IMG/VR virus record: IMGVR_UViG_3300044655_001017
DNA: 64,000 nt
Origin: a virus
Lineage: Duplodnaviria > Caudoviricetes
Strand: one strand, 5' to 3'
A program made the position numbers and the translations under genes. The notes under the pieces are model-generated. The model did no database searches. It was given only the letters and a program-made list of their open reading frames with translations, and was not told the DNA's origin. Every line of letters starts with the position of its first letter. Within the stretch, counting starts at the first letter, position 1. Below are positions 21,913-32,598 of the stretch, piece by piece.

Positions 21913-22911
21913 ATGGCAACACTAGCAGAAATCAGAGCAAAATTAAAAGCGGCAGAAACACGTAGCACAGATAGCAACACAGGTGGTGATAAATCAATTT
22001 ATCCTTTCTGGACTATTAAAAATGGCGGTGAAGCAGTTTTTAGATTCTTACCAGACGGCAACCCAAACAATACTTTTTTCTGGGCTGAACGTTCTGTAAT
22101 CAAATTACCTTTTGCAGGTATCAAAGGTCGCACAGATAGCAAACCAGTAGTAGTAAATGTTCCATGCGTTGAAATGTACAACGACGGTGCAGTATGTCCA
22201 ATTCTTTCAGAAGTGCGTCCTTGGTTTAAAGATCCTTCATTAGAAGAAATGGGCCGTAAATACTGGAAAAAGAAGTCATATATCTTCCACGGCTTTGTTC
22301 CTGAAGATGGCTTAGACGAAAAAGAAAAACCAGAAAATCCAATTCGCAGATTTGTTATTGGACCACAAATTTATAAATTAATCCATGCAGCATTGCTTGA
22401 TGATGAATTTACAGAATTACCTACAGACTATGTAAACGGTTTTGATTTCCGTTTAAAAGTTGGTTCTAAAGGTGGTTATGCAGATTACTCTACTTCTACT
22501 TGGAGCAGACGTACACGTCCGCTTGGTGAAGAAGAACGTGCAGCAATTGATAAATTCGGGTTACCTGACTTATCAGAATACTTACCTAAAAAACCAAACG
22601 AAGTTGAACTTAAAGTTATGATGGAAATGTTTGAAGCATCAGTAAATGGTGAAGCATATGACGTTGAACGTTGGGGCAAATACTTTAGACCATATGGTAT
22701 TTCAGCAGACGAATCTACATCATCTGCAACTGCTACAGTAGCTCCGGTTATTGCACCAGTAGCACCTGTAGTACATACACCCGAAGAAGCTATGCCTTGG
22801 GATGAACCTGCTACTACCTATACTCCACAGCCTGCAGTAGCTGAATCAGCACCTGCAAGTGATTCAAGAGCAGCTGATATCTTAGCAAAAATTAGAAATC
22901 GCGGCGCTTAA
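21913..22911 (+). CDS. gp32: Single-stranded DNA-binding protein
   Basis: ATLAEIRAKL, FRFLP, CPI, GRKYWKK, DFRLK, YADYSTS. Confidence 0.88.
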   Translation: MATLAEIRAKLKAAETRSTDSNTGGDKSIYPFWTIKNGGEAVFRFLPDGNPNNTFFWAERSVIKLPFAGIKGRTDSKPVVVNVPCVEMYNDGAVCPILSEVRPWFKDPSLEEMGRKYWKKKSYIFHGFVPEDGLDEKEKPENPIRRFVIGPQIYKLIHAALLDDEFTELPTDYVNGFDFRLKVGSKGGYADYSTSTWSRRTRPLGEEERAAIDKFGLPDLSEYLPKKPNEVELKVMMEMFEASVNGEAYDVERWGKYFRPYGISADESTSSATATVAPVIAPVAPVVHTPEEAMPWDEPATTYTPQPAVAESAPASDSRAADILAKIRNRGA

Positions 22912-22970
22912 CACAACAGTGATTAACGTAGCAAGGGGTCTTGCTACGTTACATTATTAGGAGTATAACC

Positions 22971-24059
22971 ATGGCAACAAAACCCTTTGATTTAACAAAA
23001 TTTCGAAAAACTCTAACAAAAAGTATTGACGGCCTAGGCGTAGGCTTTAATGATCCTACTGATTGGGTCGGTACAGGTAATTATGCACTTAATTACCTTA
23101 TTAGTTCAGACTTCCACAAAGGCATTCCACTAGGTAAAGTAACTGTGTTTGCAGGCGAGTCAGGTGCAGGCAAAAGTTATATTTGTTCAGGTAACATTGT
23201 TAAAAATGCACAAGAACAAGGAATATACGTAGTACTAATTGATTCAGAAAACGCACTTGACGAATCATGGCTACACGCATTAGGTGTAGATACTACTGAA
23301 GAAAAACTTCTTAAACTTAATATGGCTATGATTGATGATGTAGCTAAAACTATTAGTGAGTTTATGAAAGAATATAAAGCAATGGAAGACAAACCAAAAG
23401 TATTGTTTGTAGTAGATTCGTTAGGTATGTTACTAACTCCAACTGATATTAATCAATTTGAAGCGGGCGATTTAAAAGGTGACATGGGTCGTAAACCTAA
23501 AGCACTTACTGCACTTGTTCGTAATTGTGTTAATATGTTTGGTAGTCACAACGTTGGATTAGTGTGTACTAACCACACGTATGCAAGTCAAGATATGTTT
23601 GATCCGGATGATAAAATATCAGGTGGTCAAGGATTTGTTTATGCATCAAGCATTGTAGTAGCAATGAAAAAACTTAAACTAAAAGAAGACGAAGACGGTA
23701 ACAAAGTTAGTGAAGTTAACGGCATTCGCGCCTCTTGTAAGATTATGAAAACACGTTATGCTAAACCATTTGAGACTTTGCAAATTAAAATCCCATATAC
23801 AACCGGTATGAATCCTTTTAGTGGTTTAGTTGACTTATTTGAAAAAAAGAACATTTTGAAAAAAGATGGTAATAGACTTAAATACGTGGCTACCGACGGT
23901 ACTGAAATTAAACAATATCGTAAGGAGTGGGAAAGTAATGCTAACGGTGCTCTTGAAAGAGCAATGGCTGAATTTACCGACGAACCTGTGTTATTAGATG
24001 TACTTGATGATGCAGATGATATCAACGACTACGTTACGGAGGACGAAAATGTTGAATGA
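22971..24059 (+). CDS. uvsX: RecA-like recombinase
   Basis: GESGAGKS Walker A, IDSENA, VDSLG, NHTY, SGG.GF.YASS. Confidence 0.93.
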   Translation: MATKPFDLTKFRKTLTKSIDGLGVGFNDPTDWVGTGNYALNYLISSDFHKGIPLGKVTVFAGESGAGKSYICSGNIVKNAQEQGIYVVLIDSENALDESWLHALGVDTTEEKLLKLNMAMIDDVAKTISEFMKEYKAMEDKPKVLFVVDSLGMLLTPTDINQFEAGDLKGDMGRKPKALTALVRNCVNMFGSHNVGLVCTNHTYASQDMFDPDDKISGGQGFVYASSIVVAMKKLKLKEDEDGNKVSEVNGIRASCKIMKTRYAKPFETLQIKIPYTTGMNPFSGLVDLFEKKNILKKDGNRLKYVATDGTEIKQYRKEWESNANGALERAMAEFTDEPVLLDVLDDADDINDYVTEDENVE

Positions 24060-24282
24060 AACACAAATTGCTGATGTATGGTTAATGTTTGCAGATTATA
24101 TTGATAAGAAACAAGCAGAGATTGCTGCTGAAAGATTTATTGAATTACTTGCAGATTTTGGAGCTACAGATCGTACATTTTTAGGTGCAACTGGAATTGA
24201 CCCAACGTTAGATCAAGCAATTAATTATTATTTAGAAGATAATGAAGACGAAGACGACGGCTATAACGACTTGGAGTTCTAA
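24049..24282 (+). CDS. Small acidic hypothetical protein
   Basis: 77 aa from ATG 24049 with GGAGG RBS. Confidence 0.6.
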   Translation: MLNETQIADVWLMFADYIDKKQAEIAAERFIELLADFGATDRTFLGATGIDPTLDQAINYYLEDNEDEDDGYNDLEF

Positions 24283-24737
24283 TGAGTTGGTATTCTACAA
24301 TTACTAGGGATATTACACGATTACCAGATGGTATTTTGCACTTTGAATCAGAATTGACAGATGCCAAAAAAGAATGTAAAATAGCAGGAAACGTAGAAAA
24401 GGCATCTGCAGCAATGCCAGGCATTGTAGAACACAGATATGGACAGCTTCAAGAAATTGAAGCTATCCTAGAGTTCCTTAACATTGAACTTAAACGATTA
24501 AAGAGTTATCACTTTAGAAAGTATTTAGAAACATACGCAAGGGCATTAAGCAGTCGTGATTGTGAAAAATATGTAGAAGGCGAAGATGAAGTAATTGAGT
24601 ATGAAAAAATTATAAATGAATTTGCGTTAATAAGAAATCAATGGTTGGGTATTACAAAAGCCTTAGATCAAAAATCGTATGCATTAAGTAATATTATACG
24701 ATTAAGATGTGCAGGCATGGAAGACGCAACCCTTTAA
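24282..24737 (+). CDS. uvsY: Recombination mediator UvsY-like
   Basis: Helical 151 aa with FRKYLETYARALSSRD..KYVEGE; between uvsX and uvsW. Confidence 0.7.
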   Translation: MSWYSTITRDITRLPDGILHFESELTDAKKECKIAGNVEKASAAMPGIVEHRYGQLQEIEAILEFLNIELKRLKSYHFRKYLETYARALSSRDCEKYVEGEDEVIEYEKIINEFALIRNQWLGITKALDQKSYALSNIIRLRCAGMEDATL

Positions 24738-24785
24738 ATTAATATGACGGGCTTAGTGCCCGTCACTACTTTAGGTGTATAACAC

Positions 24786-26000
24786 ATGAACACAATTGAC
24801 AATCTGCTTCATTTTGTATTTCTTGAAGCTATGACAACCCCTCTGCCGTTCTCATCAAGAGATAACCGTACATTGCAAAGTTTACATACTGCAATGCAAA
24901 CTGATACATACATTACCGAAAAACAAGGTAATTTATTACTTCAAATAATAAGCAATGAAATTTACGCGCCATTTATGCTGTTAGCTAATGAACACTATGC
25001 AGATTATATCAATAACCCAGTATGGAAGAAATCATTTCGTATATTACCAGAGGTAAAACGAATATATCATATTCCTGCAGGATCTGACCAAATTAACATT
25101 AACTTGTTAAAAGAAAACTATACTGGTGTAATTGCAATTGATTTTACGTTTTCAAGTACGATTCGTAATGAATTAAAACCGCTGTCTGATGTGTTATGGC
25201 AAGTTAAATCCGGATCGTTATACTATGCAGATTTTACTGAATCTAATCTTGTAACTATTATACAATTATTAGATCCTTATAAGTTTGAAGTTGAACCAGA
25301 GTTACGAGATTACTACAACACAATTAGACTATGGGATAAACAAGATTTTAAAGATATGTATGATGTACACAAATTAGAACATACTAGATTTCAAACCCTT
25401 ATTTCAAAAGATTTAGAATCTAATGATTCCACCATCATAGTTGATAGACGACTAAGATATCAATATTCAACAACTGTTGAATGCCAGACTACTAATGAAT
25501 TAACTAAACAAATTGCAACCCGTGAAAAATCTAAAGTTTGGATTGATAGTAATACATATTCAATATCCAATGTAGTTGCATCATTAGTAGAGCTACAACG
25601 ATTTCCGTTATTAGTAGTATTTGAACAATCAACTGATTTTACAACCATAACACAGTTTAACGAGTTATCTCAGGCGCTAACTGATCACGGCATCACTGAT
25701 AACATTGGATTCCATTTTAGATTAGACAATACACCTGATGGAAAAATGTTTAATGACGGGATTGGAAAAAGACAGTATAATAGTGTACTAAACAATGATA
25801 CAAAGGTTGCAGCAGTACTTGGTGGTAAATTACCAAAATTCTTCCTTAAAGAAACTTGGAGACCAATGAGTGTTCTTTGTATTAAAAATACACTAAGACA
25901 TAGCAAAACTGCAGTGTATGCGAATAGCAGTGATTTAATCATATCGTATACGCACGTAGAACCAATTATAGAAACGAGGAACAAATGGGAGTCAAACTAA
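24786..26000 (+). CDS. Conserved hypothetical protein
   Basis: 404 aa ORF coupled to uvsW. Confidence 0.55.
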   Translation: MNTIDNLLHFVFLEAMTTPLPFSSRDNRTLQSLHTAMQTDTYITEKQGNLLLQIISNEIYAPFMLLANEHYADYINNPVWKKSFRILPEVKRIYHIPAGSDQININLLKENYTGVIAIDFTFSSTIRNELKPLSDVLWQVKSGSLYYADFTESNLVTIIQLLDPYKFEVEPELRDYYNTIRLWDKQDFKDMYDVHKLEHTRFQTLISKDLESNDSTIIVDRRLRYQYSTTVECQTTNELTKQIATREKSKVWIDSNTYSISNVVASLVELQRFPLLVVFEQSTDFTTITQFNELSQALTDHGITDNIGFHFRLDNTPDGKMFNDGIGKRQYNSVLNNDTKVAAVLGGKLPKFFLKETWRPMSVLCIKNTLRHSKTAVYANSSDLIISYTHVEPIIETRNKWESN

Positions 26001-27448
26001 TTATAAAAGATGAAGTTAATATTAAGTTTGAACATTTACCATTAGATGCAAGGAAGAAGCTAGCAAGTGCATTCAAATACGAAGTGCCGTATGCTAGATA
26101 TCAACCTTCGTTTAAGTTGGGCAGATGGGATGGTACAGTTAGCTTATTTGGTATAGGCGGTACTGGTTACTTAAACAACTTAGAATCGATACTTGCAATA
26201 CTTAATAAGATGGGAGTTGCAATAGACGACATTGAAGATTTGCGTAAACCATTTAATTTAGATTTTACACCAATTACTGAAACATATTGGGCAGACTTAG
26301 GCAAAGTATGGCCAGTGGGACATAATGATGTTGGTAAGCCTATTATGTTAAGAGATTATCAAGTAGACGCTGTTAATAAGTTTTTACAACAACCCCAGGC
26401 ATTACAGGAAATCGCAACTGGCGCCGGAAAAACGATAACAACTGCTACACTAGCACATATATGCGAGTCACAAGGGCGTACAATAGTTATTGTACCAAAT
26501 AAAAGTTTAGTAGAACAAACTCATGAAGACTTCGTAAACGTTGATTTAGATGTAGGCATGTACTATGGTGATCGTAAAGATTTAAACAAAACACATACTA
26601 TTTGTACTTGGCAAAGCCTTAACATATTAGATAAGAAAAGTAAAAACTCAGAACACGATATTATAACATTAGCAGAATTTTTAGACGGTGTAGCAGCAGT
26701 AATTGTTGACGAGGTACACATGGCAAAAGCTGACGTATTAAAAAATTTACTTACTCACAACTTATGTAATGCACCAATTCGATGGGGGCTAACTGGTACA
26801 ATACCTAAAGAAAAGTTTGAATACGAACAAATATTTGCAAGTATAGGTCCTGTCATTGGCGGAATTAAGGCACACGAATTACAAGATGCAGGTGTGCTGT
26901 CAGCGTGCCATGTTAAGGTATTACAATTAATTGATTTGCCATCATTTAGATCTTATTCAGATGAAATAACATATCAAGTTACTAATAAAGATCGAATGAT
27001 GTTTATTAGCGATACTATTAAGACTATTGCAGAAACTGGCAATACGTTAGTGTTAGTTGGTAGAATTGAAAGTGGAAAATTGTTAATTGAAAATATTCCA
27101 GATGCAGTATTTGTATCAGGTAATGTAAAAACAAAAGATAGAAAAACAGAGTACGACGAAATTAAAACATCAACAAACAAAATTATCGTAGCAACATATG
27201 GGGTAGCAGCAGTAGGTATTAACATTCCAAGAATTTTTAATTTGGTGTTAATTGAATCGGGTAAAAGTTTTACACGAGTTATTCAAAGTATTGGTAGAGG
27301 AATTAGAAAGGCACATGATAAAGATTTTGTGCAAATTTATGACATTACTAGTACCTGCAAGTATGCTAAAAAACACTTAACAGAAAGAAAAAAATTCTAT
27401 AAAGATGCAAAATATGAATTTGAAATTAATAAGGTAGATTGGAAATGA
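25985..27448 (+). CDS. uvsW: SF2 DNA helicase
   Basis: LRDYQ, ATGAGKT, DEVH, TGT, QSIGRGIR. Confidence 0.92.
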   Translation: MGVKLIIKDEVNIKFEHLPLDARKKLASAFKYEVPYARYQPSFKLGRWDGTVSLFGIGGTGYLNNLESILAILNKMGVAIDDIEDLRKPFNLDFTPITETYWADLGKVWPVGHNDVGKPIMLRDYQVDAVNKFLQQPQALQEIATGAGKTITTATLAHICESQGRTIVIVPNKSLVEQTHEDFVNVDLDVGMYYGDRKDLNKTHTICTWQSLNILDKKSKNSEHDIITLAEFLDGVAAVIVDEVHMAKADVLKNLLTHNLCNAPIRWGLTGTIPKEKFEYEQIFASIGPVIGGIKAHELQDAGVLSACHVKVLQLIDLPSFRSYSDEITYQVTNKDRMMFISDTIKTIAETGNTLVLVGRIESGKLLIENIPDAVFVSGNVKTKDRKTEYDEIKTSTNKIIVATYGVAAVGINIPRIFNLVLIESGKSFTRVIQSIGRGIRKAHDKDFVQIYDITSTCKYAKKHLTERKKFYKDAKYEFEINKVDWK

Positions 27449-27951
27449 ATATTTTAACTGTAAATAACTACGCGTTTTCGTTAAACAATTTACCTGACGA
27501 AGTTGACGATAGTATGCAATTTAGTATATTAGATAACAGTAATCCGCAAGATCCGGATTTCTTTTTTATGCCATTAATTTATTTAGAATCGTTTAATGCA
27601 CCTGCGATTGTATTAAAAATTGGCAATGATGAAGTAACTATGCCAATTGATTGGTGTGTAGCAGTAGGCGACGGTAGTAGTGCTACAAATATTGAAATCA
27701 TTCCGTTAACTAGCTTAAATGATAGAGGATTTGATGCATTAGTGTTTAATCCAATATCTGATTTTAGAATTGAATTTAAAAAAATAGAAATTATAAATTT
27801 TTACAATGATGTTAAATGGTACTTTCCAAAAATGAAAGTAGGACATTTATTAACTACCCCATTACAATTAATTCATCAACCGGCGTGTTCATTTTTTGTA
27901 AAAGAAGTATCACGACATAGTGAGATGATTCATTTAGATAAGTTATTATAG
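27445..27951 (+). CDS. Conserved hypothetical protein
   Basis: 168 aa ORF overlapping uvsW stop. Confidence 0.55.
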   Translation: MNILTVNNYAFSLNNLPDEVDDSMQFSILDNSNPQDPDFFFMPLIYLESFNAPAIVLKIGNDEVTMPIDWCVAVGDGSSATNIEIIPLTSLNDRGFDALVFNPISDFRIEFKKIEIINFYNDVKWYFPKMKVGHLLTTPLQLIHQPACSFFVKEVSRHSEMIHLDKLL

Positions 27952-27960
27952 GATTATATT

Positions 27961-28608
27961 ATGGCATTTAAAGTAGCATATTTTACACCAACTATTATTG
28001 CGGCGGATCAAGTTCCGCCTGTAGAATTTAGTAAATTATTTAATTTAGTAGAAGATTTACATAACCATCCGGAACTAAATGAACACGAAAATCCGTTTAT
28101 TAGTATTCGAGGAGGCCAGCATGTTCAAATATTTCCTGCTAGAATTGAATTAGATGTTGAATGGCTTAAAATATGGATTGAGAAAGTTTCACAAAACTAT
28201 ATGGATGTAGTATCAGAACAAACTGGTAGTACTGATTTTAAATTATGTAAACCGGTGGTTACTAATATTTGGACTACCCGTCAGTACGCTGGGCATTATC
28301 ATGAGATGCATACTCATTTAGGAAGTAATATTAGCGGTAACATTTACATTAGTGCCCCGCAGTTATCGGACACAGGTAACTTATCTGATGGTAAATTTGT
28401 TTTGAAATTACCACAGACAAAAGACATCTCTAGATTTATTATGCAAGACGCGTGGCAAACAGATCCAACACCTGGTACATTTGTGGTATTTCCAAGTTGT
28501 TTATCACACACCGTTTATCCATGGCAAGGTGATGGTCATAGAACTGTAGTGTCATTTGAAGCATCACTAGTTCCTATTGAAAATAACAATGACGAAGGTG
28601 ACGAATGA
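27961..28608 (+). CDS. 2OG-Fe(II) oxygenase (TIGR02466-like)
   Basis: HEMHTH..SNISGNIYI; PGTFVVFPSCLSHTVYP; RTVVSF. Confidence 0.82.
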   Translation: MAFKVAYFTPTIIAADQVPPVEFSKLFNLVEDLHNHPELNEHENPFISIRGGQHVQIFPARIELDVEWLKIWIEKVSQNYMDVVSEQTGSTDFKLCKPVVTNIWTTRQYAGHYHEMHTHLGSNISGNIYISAPQLSDTGNLSDGKFVLKLPQTKDISRFIMQDAWQTDPTPGTFVVFPSCLSHTVYPWQGDGHRTVVSFEASLVPIENNNDEGDE

Positions 28609-29084
28609 GCAACAAAGTAGAACTAAAAGAAAAAATTAGTGCAGTTGATCTTAATATCCGTGAACTATGGGACGAGCTTGACGAAGAAAATCAAAAAGCT
28701 CTTAAAGGCGAACTATTCATTTTAAATAGGTACATTAGTAATGTTAAAACAAGTGATGGCGAAATACAATCAAAGTTTGTAATTGCAGTTAACGATTACT
28801 ATAATAAAAATTGGTTTTTATTACAGAAGCATCCTAAATTGTTATGGTTGCTATTATGTATGTGTAGTTACAATGGAGAAAAAACATTTTATCATGAATG
28901 GATTGGTAATAAGAAAAAAGACGGCAACGATAATAAAAAGATACAATTTTTAGCCGAATTAAACCCTAGTATGAAAATGTCTGAAGTTGAGATGCTAGTA
29001 AAAATAACACCTGCTAAAGACTTAAATAGGCTAGCTAAAGATTACGGATTTGAAGATAAAGACATTAAAAAGAAATTAAAATGA
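28605..29084 (+). CDS. Possible clamp-loader small subunit (gp62-like)
   Basis: FILNRYIS...KHPKLLWLLLC...HEWI..KKK pattern; weak recall-based match. Confidence 0.4.
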   Translation: MSNKVELKEKISAVDLNIRELWDELDEENQKALKGELFILNRYISNVKTSDGEIQSKFVIAVNDYYNKNWFLLQKHPKLLWLLLCMCSYNGEKTFYHEWIGNKKKDGNDNKKIQFLAELNPSMKMSEVEMLVKITPAKDLNRLAKDYGFEDKDIKKKLK

Positions 29085-29773
29085 TGAGTTTACAACCAAA
29101 GCCATTTGAATGTCAATACTGTAAGAGTAAATTTGTAAAAGAATCTACTCTTATGGTTCATGTCTGCGAATCAAAGCGCAGAGCGTTAGCACAAACAGAA
29201 AAGCACGTAGTAATTGGATATGAAACATATAACACGTTTTTTCAAAAGACACAAAATTTTTATGGTATGAAAACGTACGAAAACTTTTGCAAGAGTCCAT
29301 ATTATAATGCATTTGTTAAGTTTGGAAGTTTTGTTAGTAATGTAAAACCGTTATACCCTGATAAGTTTATTGTGTATGTAGTTACAAGCGGCACCAAGTT
29401 AGATCATTGGTGTAGAGACGACTTATACGATAGGTATGTAGTTGATCTAATTAAAACTGAATCTGTTGAAACTGCATTAGAACGTAGCATTAATCATATG
29501 ATTGAGTGGGGCGATACTAATAAAGCACAGTGGAATCATTACTTTTTGTATGTAAGTTTGAATAGGGCAATGTATGATATTAAAGACGGAAAGATAAGCC
29601 CGTGGCTGGTGTTAAATTCAAACTCGGGTAAGTTAATGATAAAAAAGTTTAATGACGAACAGTTGTCTGCAATAAGCAGTGTGTTAGATATACCATTTTG
29701 GATGCATAAATTTCATAAACTAGCAGCCGATGCAGAGCTTGTACGAACAGTGGTTAAGGAGAGTAGCATTTGA
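29081..29773 (+). CDS. Hypothetical protein with N-terminal Zn finger
   Basis: FECQYCKSKF.KE.TL..HVCE. Confidence 0.6.
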   Translation: MMSLQPKPFECQYCKSKFVKESTLMVHVCESKRRALAQTEKHVVIGYETYNTFFQKTQNFYGMKTYENFCKSPYYNAFVKFGSFVSNVKPLYPDKFIVYVVTSGTKLDHWCRDDLYDRYVVDLIKTESVETALERSINHMIEWGDTNKAQWNHYFLYVSLNRAMYDIKDGKISPWLVLNSNSGKLMIKKFNDEQLSAISSVLDIPFWMHKFHKLAADAELVRTVVKESSI

Positions 29774-29827
29774 GCATAAATATTGAGGTTGAAACATTAC
29801 ATCTTTATCAATGGAGGTTCATTACCT

Positions 29828-30388
29828 ATGCCAGATGTAGACATTGATTTTGCTAATAGAGACCTGGCATTAGCAAAGTTAAAACATGTTACGGCATCTA
29901 TTAGTACTCAAAAAAAACACAATACAGGCATTTATTGTCACAATATTCCACACAATCCGTTAACTGGTGTGAGTACAATTGGCTATAAAGAAGCCGAAGA
30001 CAGAGGTTATTTTAAAATTGATTTTCTTAATGTTATGATATATAAAGATGTTAAGAACAACGATCATCTATTACATTTAATGGGAACTGAACCAATATGG
30101 GAACTATTACTTCAAGAAGACTTTGTAAATCTATTATTTCATATAAACGGGCACATAGATATTCTGAGACAGATGCAGCCGACTTCGGTGGAACAATTAG
30201 CTGCAGTCCTAGCAATGATAAGACCGGCGAAACGTTATTTGATTGGGAAAGAATGGACTACGGTGATGACAGAAATATGGGATCACACAGACACTGACGC
30301 TGGGTACGCGTTTCGCAAATCACATGCGATCGCGTATGCAATTGCAATTGTAGTGCAAATGAATTTAATTTGTGAACAATTAAATTAG
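29828..30388 (+). CDS. Minimal DnaE (Pol III alpha)-like protein
   Basis: MPDVDIDF, KHNTG, YFKIDFL, LAMIRP, GYAFRKSHAIAY within 186 aa. Confidence 0.8.
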   Translation: MPDVDIDFANRDLALAKLKHVTASISTQKKHNTGIYCHNIPHNPLTGVSTIGYKEAEDRGYFKIDFLNVMIYKDVKNNDHLLHLMGTEPIWELLLQEDFVNLLFHINGHIDILRQMQPTSVEQLAAVLAMIRPAKRYLIGKEWTTVMTEIWDHTDTDAGYAFRKSHAIAYAIAIVVQMNLICEQLN

Positions 30389-30759
30389 TGGGGTTTTCGA
30401 ACGAGTTGAACAGATTTACGTTTGACTCGTTTAATTGTTAGGTTCATTAAGTTAACAACTGGTCCTAATATAATGCGAGTATCTTTACTATTAAATGTTT
30501 TAATAGCGTATGCAAACGGTCGTATTTCTTCTCTGCAAAAAATTGAAATTGGAAATTGTCGATTTGATTCCCACCACCAAATTTCACCTATCTCTAAAAA
30601 TGCTGCTTTATCTGTAGCAGCTAATATTGCATTTAAGTCGTAGAAGCTTGTTACGTATTGATCTTGATTGATAATTATACCAACGTATTCATCATTTCCG
30701 TAATTAAGGACACTAATAAATGGTAAATTTTGTTCTATGTTATCTCTTAAGTTTGCCAT
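30385..30759 (-). CDS. Hypothetical protein
   Basis: 124 aa from MANLRD; late promoter on minus at ~30802. Confidence 0.6.
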   Translation of the reverse strand: MANLRDNIEQNLPFISVLNYGNDEYVGIIINQDQYVTSFYDLNAILAATDKAAFLEIGEIWWWESNRQFPISIFCREEIRPFAYAIKTFNSKDTRIILGPVVNLMNLTIKRVKRKSVQLVRKPH

Positions 30760-30783
30760 AAATATATATAAAGGATATTGCCA

Positions 30784-31590
30784 ATGCAAAAAATATCAAG
30801 TTATTTATACCCAAATAGGATCGAACTTCTCATCGATCTGGCTGGATTTACAGTGGAGTTTACATCAGTGTATCAAAGAAACGTAAAAATTTATAATGGT
30901 ATTGATAATACCATTGAGTTCGATATTAAGAACGCAGATCAAAAACGAATTGACTTAACTACGTTAAGTACTATCGAATTAAACATCATGGATGTAACTG
31001 GTACTGCCCTGCCAAATAGTCCATATAAAGTTATTCCAATTACTGCAAAAAAAGGAATAGCGTATTCAACTATACCAGAAGAAGATTTAGTAGAGCTATC
31101 ATCTCAATATTTAAAATATAGCGTATCTGCTGTTAAAGACGGTATGGATGTTATGCTATATGCAGATACTCGATTTGGTGCAGTAGGTACTATTGAATTA
31201 GTAGGCGATGCGATGCCAACATTCCGTGATGAGATCGTCTATAACACGTTTACTGGTGAAATTGATTTTATGGGAAATGTTGTGCATCACACTAGTTCTA
31301 TTCCTTCTACATTTTACGAAGCAGTGCCGACTACTCAATTGTCATTTGAAATTTCAATTACTGGGTTTATTGGAAAAATATGGTTAGAAGGTACTACTGC
31401 TTCAACTATTAGCGTTAACTCTTACTTACACGCGCAAACGCTTGCATCACAATCTATACTAGTAGCAAGATCAACTCCTGTAGTGTTTAACAATATTGAT
31501 GTTGCATATTTTAAATACTTTAGAGTATTATATCAAGGTAACCACCCAATCAATCCAACCGGAACAGTTGACAAAGTGACTGTTTGGTAG
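30784..31590 (+). CDS. Hypothetical beta-rich (probable virion) protein
   Basis: 268 aa; late promoter at 30758. Confidence 0.5.
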   Translation: MQKISSYLYPNRIELLIDLAGFTVEFTSVYQRNVKIYNGIDNTIEFDIKNADQKRIDLTTLSTIELNIMDVTGTALPNSPYKVIPITAKKGIAYSTIPEEDLVELSSQYLKYSVSAVKDGMDVMLYADTRFGAVGTIELVGDAMPTFRDEIVYNTFTGEIDFMGNVVHHTSSIPSTFYEAVPTTQLSFEISITGFIGKIWLEGTTASTISVNSYLHAQTLASQSILVARSTPVVFNNIDVAYFKYFRVLYQGNHPINPTGTVDKVTVW

Positions 31591-31596
31591 TATAAT
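31568..31596 (+). promoter_or_regulatory. sigma70 consensus promoter
   Basis: TTGACA-N17-TATAAT upstream of primase. Confidence 0.85.
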
Positions 31597-31620
31597 ATAC
31601 TTTTAAATTAAAACATTCCT

Positions 31621-32598
31621 ATGAACCTTATTACAGATACATTAATGATGTACTGGCAATCTGGTAGACGAACTAAAAAAACTCCAAGTGGATGGATAAC
31701 TGGCAACGCTCCTTGTTGCCAGGATACCCGATATCGTGGCGGATTTATTGTAAACGATGGCGATGCAGTTACATTTCACTGCTTCAATTGTAGCTTTAAA
31801 GCTAGTTGGCAACCAGGTCGGCACATTAGTAAAAATATGAAAGACTTTATGCGGTACTTGCATATGAGCGATTCTGAAATCTCTAAACTTAGTTTAGAAG
31901 CATTTCGATTAGAAGCATCAGAAACTCTTAGAGAAGAGCTGATGTTACCTACATTTGAAAATCGTACATTACCTATTGATGCGGCGCTAATAAGTTCATT
32001 TTTAGATAATATTCCTAAACCATTAATGCCAGTACTAGAATACATGGCTGAACGTAACTTATGTATAGACGATTACCCGTTTCATTGGACTCCTAAAGCT
32101 GGATTTAATGATCGATTAATTATACCATACTATTACGAAAAACGTATAGTAGGATATACTGCAAGACGTATTGGATCAAATAAAAACCCAAGATACTTTT
32201 CAGAACAACAACCGAATTTTGTTTTTAACTTAGATAGACAATTGTATGAGCGTAAGTTTGTTATTGTATGCGAAGGCCCAATTGATGCAATTAGTGTTGA
32301 CGGATGTGCTATATTAGGTTCACAAATTAAAGATAAACAAGATTGGCTATTAAAAAGATTAAACAAAGAAATTATATTAGTACCAGATAGAGATCACGAA
32401 GGCCCTGCTACTGTAGAACAAGCAATAGAATATGGCTGGTCTGTTAGTATGCCAGAATGGCCTGCAGGTGTTAAAGATGTTAATGATGCTGTCATTAAAC
32501 TAGGTAGATTAGCTACCCTATGGCTAATTATCAATGCAAAACAAAACTACGCACTTAAGATTCAACTAAGAGCAAAACAATTTTTTAAAGGATATTAA
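31621..32598 (+). CDS. gp61: DNA primase (gp61-like)
   Basis: Zn finger CC...HCFNC; TOPRIM VCEGPIDA, PDRD, KDVND. Confidence 0.88.
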   Translation: MNLITDTLMMYWQSGRRTKKTPSGWITGNAPCCQDTRYRGGFIVNDGDAVTFHCFNCSFKASWQPGRHISKNMKDFMRYLHMSDSEISKLSLEAFRLEASETLREELMLPTFENRTLPIDAALISSFLDNIPKPLMPVLEYMAERNLCIDDYPFHWTPKAGFNDRLIIPYYYEKRIVGYTARRIGSNKNPRYFSEQQPNFVFNLDRQLYERKFVIVCEGPIDAISVDGCAILGSQIKDKQDWLLKRLNKEIILVPDRDHEGPATVEQAIEYGWSVSMPEWPAGVKDVNDAVIKLGRLATLWLIINAKQNYALKIQLRAKQFFKGY

